Shown piece by piece: positions 10,716 through 20,000 of a stretch of DNA of 20,000 bases. The DNA is taken from positions 49,582 to 69,581 of the forward strand of contig NW_014577068.1 of NCBI RefSeq assembly GCF_000485595.1. The letters run 5' to 3'. Source of the DNA: Priapulus caudatus (taxonomy: Eukaryota). The notes below the pieces were generated by a model, which ran no database searches, was not told the DNA's origin, and was given only the letters and a program-made list of their open reading frames with translations. Each line of letters begins with the position of its first letter. Position 1 is the stretch's first letter. Made by a program: the position numbers and the translations under genes.

Positions 10716-11240
10716 TATTACATATATGACACGCTCATAAAATAAACTAATACCTCCACACTAGTTATCGGAGTATTTTCACAGTCTTTCGAAGCTATGA
10801 AAACAGAGTTATATTTCTCACTGTGTTCATCATTATTATCTTGCACTAAACTCAAATCAATTATTGCCAGGATCTCAAATGGTTTTAAGGTTTTAACCTA
10901 TATTTCTGTTTAATTTCGTTGCGACATTGACACATCTTAATCACATACCATGAATTCCTTCCGTAAGCAAATGATTCTAGAACGATATCAATTCTGACAG
11001 CAATTATTTACAAGACAAGTCCCTGCTCTTGCTACGATTAAGATGTGAATAAGGTCATAGCCACGAAAGCAGCTCATCGTGTGGCAAACCTGAATCGACA
11101 GATGTTCAGCACGCGCACAAGGATTTGGTTCTTTATATTAAGACGTTTATCATCACGAATCGCGTATTGCCATATTTGCCATATTGACAAAGCAGCTGGG
11201 TTGTTTCTGTGGGAATAAGCTCATGGTCGATGAGCCATAG

Positions 11241-11275
11241 TATAAAAATCCGTGCAGCTCCAGTTTACTTCATTC
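11241..11275 (+). promoter_or_regulatory. Core promoter of the protease gene: TATA box plus initiator
   Basis: TATAAAA at 11241-11247 and TCATTC (TCAKTY Inr consensus) at 11270-11275; Inr A (11272) is 31 nt from the TATA start, the canonical spacing. Confidence 0.8.
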
Positions 11276-11305
11276 CTGATCAGCCACTGGAAGAGTAGCT
11301 GCAAG

Positions 11306-11363
11306 ATGACGCTTCTAATCGCCTTCGCTTTGGTTTGTGTTGCCGCTGCAGATCTGCAGGGAG
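11306..11363 (+). CDS. Trypsin exon 1 (signal peptide [19 protein letters not shown])
   Basis: ATG in caagATG context 34 nt after the Inr; hydrophobic leader ending AAA; donor gag|gtacgt, phase 1. Confidence 0.88.
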
Positions 11364-14300
11364 GTACGTATGCAATATGATTCTATTTAACTTGTCTGTG
11401 AGTCGTTCCGTGTTGTCTGTGAGTAAAATTCCGTGATATTAACGTTGTCTATGCACCGTCCGTGCATGACTATACACCGGCTTCTGCCAGGTAAGGTGAA
11501 ATACTCTATTTTACGGTTATTTTTTGCGTAGATATTAATTTCGCTTGATTTCATGCATGAATGATACTTACCGTATGAATAATTGAAAAATACTAGTATG
11601 ATAAAATTAGTTGCTATAATTTATCGTAACCATTACGCAAACTAAATTATAGCAAAACCAAAATCTATAATATAAGAAACATGTTGCCTACCTGCCTGCC
11701 TGCTTGCGCGCGCGCGCGTGTGTACATGAATTGATATTAACATAAAAACATTTGTACTATGTTTTAAGGTCTTAATCCTGGCAGACCGAGATGGCCACGC
11801 TTACCCGAAGGTGCGTTCGATCAATTTCCCAATAGTTACTATATATATAAAAAATTTATTTCACTGGCAGACACGATTAGCGTGGTTGCGCCTACTGACT
11901 CCTATACATTGTAGAATTTTTTTCTGCGTTAAACCTGTCGATAACATCAGAAGTGAATGGAAACAAAATTGTTTTTATTCACGCCTGATAATATACTGAT
12001 CATAATAATTTCGCCATGGTTCAACAACATAGCTTAATTACCATCGTTCGCAGACCACTCAGGTGCGTAAAATGAAAGACACCATACTACATTTGCAGGT
12101 GTCAAACCTATGGATGATTCTAAAATTGTCGGCGGAGCAACGACCACCATCGATAAGTTTCCCTACCAGGTAAATGAGCAATACGAAAAAAGCTTATCGT
12201 GTTCATGTTCCGCCGAGAGATGGAAGAGAGAGATGGTAGGGAGATAAGGCAGAAACAAAGAATACTTGATGATCTCAACGGCAGACATTCGAAACTGCCT
12301 CGACTTGATTTATTTACAAAATTCACGCGATTTGTTCAAATGCGTGACAGGAAACTCTTCCCATAGTCCACACTTTGTACATTCTGGTATGGGCTTGCTT
12401 ATAATAAAACGCTATACAACCATATTTACCATATACCGTATACCATGAATATATAAGTATATTTTAATTTTAATCCACTTGAACTGTTTACAAAGCTCCA
12501 TATTGTAACATATACTGCAAATATGCTAATTGTATAGATTTCATGCAAATTAGGCTCTTGTTTATGATATTCTGAAATCTAATTTAACGTAAAAGGTAAA
12601 CATTCTTTACAAAATAACATATAAATCTGAAATATAAATTAGAGACGATCACCAATATTTTCTTGACCCAAACGATAAATTTTGCGCAATAAACATTAGC
12701 AGCTCTGTCAAAGGCGTTACCTAGAGGTACGTACATTCGATTTAATAGACTCAATTCCAAATTTTGTTTACGACATTTAATATTGTGTTTGCCTCCAGGT
12801 TGCCATGTACAAGGATGGTAATTTCATCTGCGGTGGTGAACTGATCCGTACCAATGTGGTACTCACGGCCGCTCATTGCGTTCATAGGTAATATATATAT
12901 ATATATATATATATAATTATATCTATATAGTATTACTGTAACGGCCGCGCGTAATTTCACGTATCTCTTCCGAAACCGCCGTAAGGAATGTCACATTTTT
13001 CTCTTACCGGGGGGTTTCCAATGTCGCGAAGATGATGCGCTATATCACTAGGCTTTATTTTGCATGACAATTAATTCTCTGATGATGAGAGTGCATAATT
13101 TTGTCTCCAGTTGTTGTCATTTTTGCGCAATTTAACCTGCATCTGGAAATCTGAACTTTATATCTATATCTATATCTATATATATATATTATGTATATAT
13201 ATATATGTATATATATATATGTATATATTATCTGTGACTTAGGATCATTTTATAAGTTAACTGACAAGTGTTACAATTTAGTCTTTCAAGTTTACATAGT
13301 ATACAATTGGTGAGAAATGGATTTTGAAACGTACCTTGATACGTGGTAGCATTTAAAAAAGCACAAATAAAACTATTAATTGTCTAAGTAAATCATTAAA
13401 GCTAACATAGCGTCATAGGTGTTCGCTGAAACTCTGCATCGCACCTGAACCCAATTGCACCACACCCCGTAATGTCGACCCAGGCCTCTTGTTGAAAAAA
13501 TTTCATTGACTTGCTACGTTTTGTCTTGCTCCTTTGTTTCATATCCACGATGTTTCGACAGAATGCGTGTGTAAATTACAGGTATGAGAACTCACCAAGC
13601 AGATTTGAAATCAGAGTCGGCTCGACAACGTATTCTGGAGGAACTAGACACAGGGTCAATAATTATTCAGTTTCATATTACATCTTTTTTTGCTTAACTT
13701 GCTATCGGTGTGTGCCGTCGATTAACTAGACTATAGCACCAAGACTATTATCCCTAAAAAATCGATATGGTATCAAACTGGCGCGCGCCCAGCGTAGCGT
13801 ACATACACAAATCTTTGAAGCGGGTTAAGTTGGCACTGATTGATTGTTCATGCACAGTTTAGCTTGTTACGTCACTCGACAGACAGCTATTGTACTTTTA
13901 TGTGATCTAAATAAAGTTATGCACATGCGTATTGCAAAATCTGACGCGCGCCTGGCCCCACATTGCGTACAGACATGTTCAAAGCGGGCTAACTTGGAGC
14001 GTACAAAATTAGCTCTCTTCGAAGCGGGCCTGTCCCTCCTTCATTTGCGAAGCCAAATTGGTGCAGGCCAGCGCGTATTCGGAGCGGGATAGCGTGTACA
14101 CACTGAACAAAATTGACGCGCGCTTGGCGCGCACCAGTTTAATACCATATCAAATTTGTAGTCTGTACGGGGTATATAGACGCCGAGACTACAGCGCAAA
14201 CTGTTCGACCGTAGGCCGTTCAATGCGGAATGATGTTATACATTTCTCTGTTTTTGGTCGTCTAAGTACCAATAATTATCACTTAAAACTTTACAGGTAT

Positions 14301-15482
14301 CGCGCGTGAACAAGCACAGCTCGTATAACTCATACACAACTGATTACGACGTGGCCACGATGATACTAAGCAGTAGTGTGTCAATAAATACGTATACCCA
14401 GTTAGTTACGATGGCGTCCGGCGGTTCAAGTTACAGTGGATATACGGGAACGGTCAGTGGCTGGGGAACCACTAGTGAAGGTAGGTTTATAAACACTCAT
14501 GTAATGACTGTGGTCGGGTTGTGAACGCACGATAAGGATGAACTAGTAATATTTTCGGTAATGTTAGTTAAGATATGAGCTATCCATCCTTACGACGTTT
14601 CTTATTATTAAAGGAGTGGATTAATGTTAATGGTTTAAAGTTCGATAGCTCTTTTCTCGGATTCTTTGTTCCATCAAACTATTATAATAGGTTTGCAACC
14701 TTGATTTACGGTAAACAGATCTGATCTGTAATTATTATATGCATAATGCGTTAATAATTACATACGTTTATATAACTGTACGTGTATTTATGCTGTCAGA
14801 TGGAAATATCTCCAGGAATCTTAGGTATGTTAACGTAGCAATAATGTCCAACGTGCAATGCGCCGATGTACTCGGTTCAGGCGTCATCACCAACCGCATG
14901 ATGTGTGCTGGTTATCCCGACGGTGGAAAGGACGCCTGTCAGGTAGGTTTTCGCTGTAGTCAGGCAGCTTTCATATAAAGGCAGTTCATACGCTCATCTA
15001 AATAACTCGTGTAAACTGCTTACTTAACTCATTAACAGATCAAACTCGGTGTGCATGACTAAGTAACAGTATCTTTTTGCTCTCGTTCAGTCGTACCGTG
15101 CCTTATTTTATAGAATCGTATTTTATCAATCTCCTTAGAGACATATCTGGGTATCATCAAATACTCGTATATTTACACTCAGCTAGGTCTATATTGCACA
15201 CGCTGTCACGTTTACATGTAGGGCCTAATACGTCAGTTATAAGTATATATAATGTCCATCCGCAATGAGTGATTTAAGAGGTCGTTATTTATGTTATTAT
15301 TTCACGCGTATTCAAAGGGTGACTCCGGCGGACCACTGGTCATCAACCATTCCATGAGTAACCCCAGCAACTCAGTCCTGGTTGGTATAGTCTCCTGGGG
15401 TTACGGTTGCGCAAGGCCGCAGTCTCCTGGCATTTATTCCCGCGTCACGGTGCTCAGAGGTTGGATCGACGCCTACTCGTAA
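11306..15482 (+). CDS. Trypsin-like serine protease (peptidase S1A) preproenzyme, 8 coding exons, 274 aa
   Basis: join(11306..11363,11769..11810,12099..12169,12799..12887,13582..13654,14297..14480,14800..14942,15318..15482) = 825 nt, open to TAA. All introns are GT..AG with compatible phases (1,1,0,2,0,1,0). Signal peptide [15 protein letters not shown], activation site DDSK|IVGG, motifs FPYQV, CGGxLI, LTAAHC (His57), DYDVA (Asp102), [16 protein letters not shown] (Asp189, Ser195), [17 protein letters not shown]. Confidence 0.95.
11769..11810 (+). CDS. Trypsin exon 2 (42-nt propeptide exon, [14 protein letters not shown])
   Basis: Acceptor ttttaag|, donor gaag|gtgcgt; phase 1-1, open frame, GC-richer than flanking intron. 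Not required for frame, so less certain than the other exons. Confidence 0.7.
12099..12169 (+). CDS. Trypsin exon 3 ([24 protein letters not shown])
   Basis: atttgcag| acceptor, cag|gtaaat donor; contains the IVGG mature N-terminus. Confidence 0.95.
12799..12887 (+). CDS. Trypsin exon 4 ([29 protein letters not shown]), catalytic His
   Basis: gcctccag| acceptor, ag|gtaata donor; LTAAHC motif. Confidence 0.96.
12891..12915. repeat. (TA)n microsatellite, intron 4
   Basis: Direct reading. Confidence 0.9.
13159..13231. repeat. (TATATC)n/(TA)n microsatellite, intron 4
   Basis: Direct reading. Confidence 0.9.
13582..13654 (+). CDS. Trypsin exon 5 ([24 protein letters not shown])
   Basis: ttacag| acceptor phase 2; IRVGS motif typical of invertebrate trypsins; donor agg|gtcaat (weak) gives phase 0 matching exon 6. 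Confidence 0.9.
13757..14160. mobile_element. MITE-like element in protease intron 5
   Basis: aaaatcgatatggtatcaaactggcgcgcgcccagcgtagcgt (~13758-13800) is an imperfect reverse complement of acgcgcgcttggcgcgcaccagtttaataccatatcaaattt (~14116-14157); internal repeats of aagcggg(t/c)taa(g/c)ttgg. True ends may extend to ~13727 and ~14192. Confidence 0.7.
14297..14480 (+). CDS. Trypsin exon 6 ([22 protein letters not shown]...VSGWGTTSE), catalytic Asp
   Basis: ctttacag| acceptor, gaag|gtaggt donor; HxxY..DYDVA and GWG motifs. Confidence 0.96.
14800..14942 (+). CDS. Trypsin exon 7 ([13 protein letters not shown]...[15 protein letters not shown])
   Basis: gctgtcag| acceptor, cag|gtaggt donor; MMCAG and GGKDACQ motifs. 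Confidence 0.96.
15318..15482 (+). CDS. Trypsin exon 8 (GDSGGPLV...GWIDAYS*), catalytic Ser
   Basis: ttcaaag| acceptor; [23 protein letters not shown] at 15480-15482. Confidence 0.96.
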   Translation, partial: GDSGGPLVINHSMSNPSNSVLVGIVSWGYGCARPQSPGIYSRVTVLRGWIDAYS

Positions 15483-15793
15483 TTAACATGAAGTGTGAAG
15501 TCGCTACATATAATCTGATTTGGTGCATGCTTACGTCTAACGATGGAGAAGGTTAAATTTAGGTAGTGAATCGACCGAGGTATGATTAGTGGTGGAGTGG
15601 GGCTGCTATATGCTCCCTCACAACTGCAGTGATAATTTTTTACGGGTAATGATTTTATTCCATATTATAGTGTGTGGATGAGAGAATACCACTAATGATC
15701 ATGGTCGCAAAATCGAAGACGAATTCTCGCGGCTAGTTTAAACAGATTGAAATGTATTATTTTAAAATTAATGTAACGATGAAAGGAATTTCG

Positions 15794-15799
15794 AATAAA
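15794..15799 (+). terminator. Candidate polyadenylation signal AATAAA
   Basis: First canonical AATAAA I find downstream of the stop (about 310 nt), followed by T/GT-rich sequence at ~15828-15845. Confidence 0.45.
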
Positions 15800-16170
15800 A
15801 TGGGTAGTTGCCTATAACAAAATAATGGTTTTAATGCTGTTTATCTCTCAAAAAGTAATAATGACACGTTATAAATTACTTGTATAACGATATAAGACTT
15901 GAAAAATATAGTAATTTTTATACGAGGTGGTTTTCGTGTGATGCAGGACTGACAGGAATTCTAGTAACCGGAAAAATATACTGCACCACGTATACGATGT
16001 TAACCTCAATTGATAACATTTCTCTTCCTCAACTACAAATGTACACGAGCCATGCAGAGACATCAATATTACGATTCGTTTTTGGATCATATTCACATTT
16101 AAATTCTAATAATATCATGTCATACTTTAATCATTATGAGGTCCTTGCCCCCACCCAATTTCCATTTACT

Positions 16171-16236
16171 GACACGGACGCACGCGCACACGTACACACA
16201 CGCACACGCACATACGCGTACACGCGCACGCAGACA
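16171..16236. repeat. Degenerate (CA)/(CG) alternating tract
   Basis: gacgcacgcgcacacgtacacacacgcacacgcacatacgcgtacacgcgcacgc. Confidence 0.8.
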
Positions 16237-16835
16237 GAAAAACACTCACACTTACATTACCTTACATTTCTTGGCGGAGTTGGTCGTATTCGCGCGCGCA
16301 CAGCGGTTCGCTATCTAATGGAGGGGGGGATTATTTTATTGCAATCTTACAGTTGAAGTGAAGAGCTATATTCATACATATAGTTTAAAAGAGAGAAGGA
16401 AGAGGTTGGGTAGAAGTGGAGGTAGATGTAGAGAAGGCAGAAATGAAAGAAACTTTTAAAGGGGGATCGAACAAATGCAGTTTTCCCAATTTCCCCATAT
16501 GTACTCTATTTTGCGCACGCCCCGTATCTTTCTAAATTATAATGGTCTGCAAATATTATGCATTTAAAATAGAGGGCACATCGTAGTCTAATATGTCGGG
16601 TCTCCGTCTCCGTAACTGACTTAATTATGAAGTGGTTCTCACTGCATGCCTTCCCAATTTCCATATTATGCACCATATCGTTTCGAGTTACGTATAGAAC
16701 CGAAGCTGGTCAATAAAAATGGTGTAGGCCTATAATATTATATCGCGCGCTCCACTCGTGTACGGGATGGTCCCCTCGCTCACCGGCCGGACAGATAGAG
16801 CTATATATCTATGTCAAGGTATAGATTATTGTAGC

Positions 16836-17360
16836 CAGAGGCATAGCCAGTATGTAGCACTGTAGGCCCGGGCCTACACTTTTTTTGGCCAAGTTATCTT
16901 TTTTTTTTAAACACCCATAATTCAAATCCATAAGCTTGCTGGACGAGTTTAAGAGTCTAGACAGGAAAAACTATTGAAATGAACGTAGCAAGAATATGGC
17001 TAAATTAGGTGACCTATTCTTCTGTCATCTAGGCTGTCATTTCTATCGCGTGCCGTTTCATTCAACACTCTACCCGCCGAAAAAGACTAGGATCCGATCT
17101 TGTCAGTTTTTTAACATTTTAACTCGTTCGTGACACTATTTTAACTCGTTTGTTTTTTGGGTTTAAAAGTGATATTGAATGAGGTGTCTCAATTTAGCAA
17201 GAGGCCAGGGAACCAGAATGAACACTCGGGAAGGGCCGTTTTCGGCCATCTGGGGGGTTTGTAAAACCAAAAATTTTCTTGTACGCTCCGCGCCAACCGA
17301 TGGTGGCGCTCCGCTCAGATAGTCGTGCCTACAACTTTTTAAATCCTGGCTACGCCCCTG
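16836..17360. mobile_element. Possible non-autonomous hAT-like DNA element (CAGGGGCGTAGCCAGG-type termini)
   Basis: Right end atcctggctacgcccctg (17343-17360) vs left cagaggcatagccagtat (16836-16853), 15/18 complementary; no TSD seen, so the two ends may belong to different copies. Confidence 0.45.
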
Positions 17361-17559
17361 GTATCATAAGATCGATATATCTTAGTCTATGGGTGAGTGA
17401 AGGAAAACTACTCATCGGAAAATCAATTGCAGGAAAACTATAGTGATACAGAAATTTGTCACAAGAAAATTAGTCACCGAAAATTGGCCAAGGGTAAAGT
17501 ATTCACAAATAGTAATCATCAGTTTACTACTGCAGAGAGTAAGGAGTGTGTATGGGAGA

Positions 17560-18112
17560 GAGAGCAAAGGATAAATAAACTAAAATAATAGTGAGGGAAA
17601 GCAGAAGCGAGAGAAGGGGAGGAGAGTGAGAAGGCGAAGGAGAAAAGAATAGAAAGTGATCGAAAAGGTAGAGGAGGGAAGGGAGGAAGTAAAAGAGAAG
17701 GGCGGGGTAACAACGGGGAATACTACGAAGGGAAAATGTATAGGACAGGAAGAATAATGGCGAAATAGAGGAAAGAGGGTTAGAAGAGAGGAGAAGGTGT
17801 AGGGTATAAAAGACAAATATGGATTACGATTGAGGAGGTGGAAAATGAGAAAACGGAGTAGGAGGAAGAAGTTAGAGGCGGGGAGAGAGAGGGGCAATTA
17901 AAAGAGGAAGGTAGGGAGGAGGACGATGACGAGGAGGAGGAGGTAAGGAAGGGAATGAGGTAAAGGGGGAATGGGAAAGTAATAGGAGGAGGCGAGAGGA
18001 AGAGAGAGAGAGAGAGAAGAGAGAATGTCGAGAATTGAGGAGTTACATGAAGAATAGAGAAGGTGGAGGCGAGGGAGGTTGAGGAAGGTTGAAGAGGATT
18101 GAGGAGGAAGGG
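17560..18112. repeat. Purine-rich (GA/GGA) low-complexity tract
   Basis: Direct reading. Confidence 0.85.
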
Positions 18113-18487
18113 TAATGTAAATAAGTATTATAAGTAAAATAATACGGGATTTCTTTATATCAATACATTACTTCTTCTTGTACCGCCTGCATGCATTTGG
18201 TTTCATTGCAACATCACCAGTTACTAATAACATACAGGACACGCGCACGACGATTGATAGTTTTTGAAAACTACTACTAACATTTTTGAAATAATAGAGC
18301 CTGAAAATGGCATTTCCTGCATTTTCAGGCTATGTTGAAAGCAACCAATTCTGATCATTTTAAAAGGTCAATTTGTACATTTCAAAAAGGAATGTAGCTA
18401 AAGCTGATGTTTTGACTAAAGTATCTAAAATATAGATTATGAGTATGATAACTAATAAAACATTGTTTACAAAATTGTATATACTAT

Positions 18488-18534
18488 CAAGAGCTAATAA
18501 ATATTATATATAAATATATGTTTATTAGCTCTTG
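18488..18534. mobile_element. 47-bp mini TIR element / transposon footprint with 7-bp TSD
   Basis: CAAGAGCTAATAAA...TTTATTAGCTCTTG perfect 14-bp TIRs around a TA-rich filler, flanked on both sides by ATACTAT (18481-18487, 18535-18541). Confidence 0.7.
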
Positions 18535-18740
18535 ATACTATCAGTATCAGTACATAATTATGAAAAATAAGCTCATTTTCAATCTGTATTTACACTTTCA
18601 CTATGTACATTTGTATGTTTTGAAGTTTGAATTTGAATCACAATACCTTATATAGGCACATTGTCATATTAAATACACATTCCAAATCTTAGACAGCCCA
18701 GTCAGATAACAGTCAGCTCTTTAATTTTTTTTGTCACAAT

Positions 18741-18786
18741 AGTGCCACGGCGGTGCCGTGCTGCCGTGGCGGCCACTACGGCCCTG
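18741..18786. mobile_element. Solo hAT-like terminus (reverse complement CAGGGCCGTAG...)
   Basis: GC-rich island ending ctacggccctg with internal gccacggc/gccgtggc inverted motifs in AT-rich surroundings; partner end not found. Confidence 0.4.
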
Positions 18787-19069
18787 TGCACGGGACACTT
18801 ATTTGTTTCAAGACAGCAGCCACGATATAACAGCTATCTATGATGACGGGTTTTCGAACGTTTTTTGATAATGGGATCACAGGTTTTCTGTATTCTATAT
18901 CTATGATAGGCTCCAGCTGTTCTTGTCTTTTCTAGCGGGTAGAAAATATTAAAGAAAAACCGACATACTTTGTCCTTCATAAACTGAAGACATTATTAAA
19001 CAAAATCGGCTTTTTTGATCCTTCTATTCATAGAGAATTGCATAGAAAATTATTCAGGTATATATCAGG

Positions 19070-19670
19070 CATCCTCCTCCTCTACCTCGCCCTTCCTTCT
19101 TCAAGCTCCCCTCCTCATCTGCCTCCTCCGTCCTCCTTCTGTACCTCATGCTCTTGCTCCTTCTTCTCATATTCCTCCTCCTCTTCCTCCTCCTCCTCCT
19201 CCTCCTCCTCCTCCTCCTCCTCAATTACAATATCCCACTCTTTCACCTCCTCCCTCCGCTTTCCCCCTCTTCTGCCCTCCTCATTCTCCTCTTCGTTAAC
19301 CGTCTTCATCTACCTCTCCCTCTTCTACCAATTCACTCTTCCTTCTCCCCTCTTCCTCCTCCTTCCTCGTCCAGTACTTCATTCTTTCTCCTCCTTCACC
19401 AACATCTTTCATACATTGACCTCCTTCCTATTTTTCTAGCTATCGCGTCCCTCTTCTTCCATTCCTCCTCCTCCACCTCCTCATCCTCCCCTCCCCCTCA
19501 ACCATTATCTCCCACTTTTCCATACCCCCTCCCCATTTACCCTTCTTTTACTTGTCGACTTCCTCCCTCCTTATCTACCACTTTCCCCTCCTGTACAACA
19601 TCTCTCCCCTCCTGGACTTCTCTTCCTCCCTCCGCTTACCATTCCTCCTCATTCCTCCTTCTATCTCACA
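19070..19670. repeat. Pyrimidine-rich (TCC)n low-complexity tract
   Basis: Direct reading; pure (CCT)n core ~19185-19222. Confidence 0.9.
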
Positions 19671-19829
19671 ATCTAATTACACGCACGCTGATGTGCACAA
19701 ACTAACAAAATATATATATAACTATAGGTACCACAGTATATAACCACACCACTAGTACTACTACTGCTACTAGGCTAAGCAGACGATATTACTCAAGCAA
19801 CGAACCGAATTGCGTAGTAGTACAGTAGA

Positions 19830-20000
19830 TTAGGAAAAAATCGTTCAAATTGTGAAAAAAGTATGAAAATTGGTACACTTGCATACTTTTGTATGCTCTT
19901 TCATTTAAAAGCAGGACACACGCGATCCAACTACAACTTCGGCCGCCATCTTGAATTTAAAAATGGCCGCCGTCATTTCTTAAAAAATAGCTATATCTCG
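19830..20000. repeat. Probable start of an interspersed DNA-element-like repeat, cut by the window end
   Basis: Imperfect palindrome ggccgccatcttgaatttaaaaatggccgcc (19941-19971) and aaaaagtatg/catactttt inverted motifs; family not identifiable. Confidence 0.35.

Noticed and set aside
11481..11496. cttctgccag|gtaagg in intron 1, looks like a recursive splice point or extra exon donor
   Set aside because: No suitable upstream acceptor for an exon, and recursive splicing is known mainly from very long introns whereas this one is 405 bp; needs RNA-seq.
12054..12062. 9-nt phase 1-1 microexon (cgcag|ACCACTCAG|gtgcgt)
   Set aside because: Would leave a 36-nt intron before exon 3, probably too short, and read-through hits TAA.
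15880..16356. 158-aa ORF downstream of the protease
   Set aside because: Non-ATG start, no motifs, partly made of a CA/CG repeat.
16155..16672. Three copies of cccaatttcc(a/c)
   Set aside because: Short, irregularly spaced, little flanking similarity; may be chance or old repeat debris.
17560..19670. Purine tract and pyrimidine tract as arms of one large inverted repeat, and their poly-E/L/S/P ORFs
   Set aside because: Only compositional complementarity, no colinear alignment seen; ORFs are low-complexity artefacts.

Overview
Eukaryotic (invertebrate-metazoan-like) genomic DNA with one intact protein-coding gene. An 8-exon, + strand, TATA/Inr-driven trypsin-type S1 serine protease preproenzyme (CDS 11306-15482, 274 aa) has all GT-AG introns in phase, the full His/Asp/Ser triad and Asp189 specificity. 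Bases 1-10715 are a repeat mosaic. It contains a ~1.8 kb inverted duplication (1-~1880 vs ~8520-10270) whose left arm differs mainly by scattered short insertions, which suggests unpolished long-read sequence. It also has compound microsatellites, short interstitial (CCCTAA)n tracts, MITE-like elements and a Helitron-type 3' end (hairpin + CTAG-T) about 0.5 kb upstream of the protease promoter. Downstream of the gene lie hAT-like TIR ends, a 47-bp TIR/TSD mini-element resembling a P-type excision footprint, and purine- and pyrimidine-rich low-complexity tracts. Almost all ORFs in the supplied track other than the protease exons are microsatellite artefacts. I see no convincing novel multi-gene system; the observations of interest are transposon and repeat architecture plus features of the protease.
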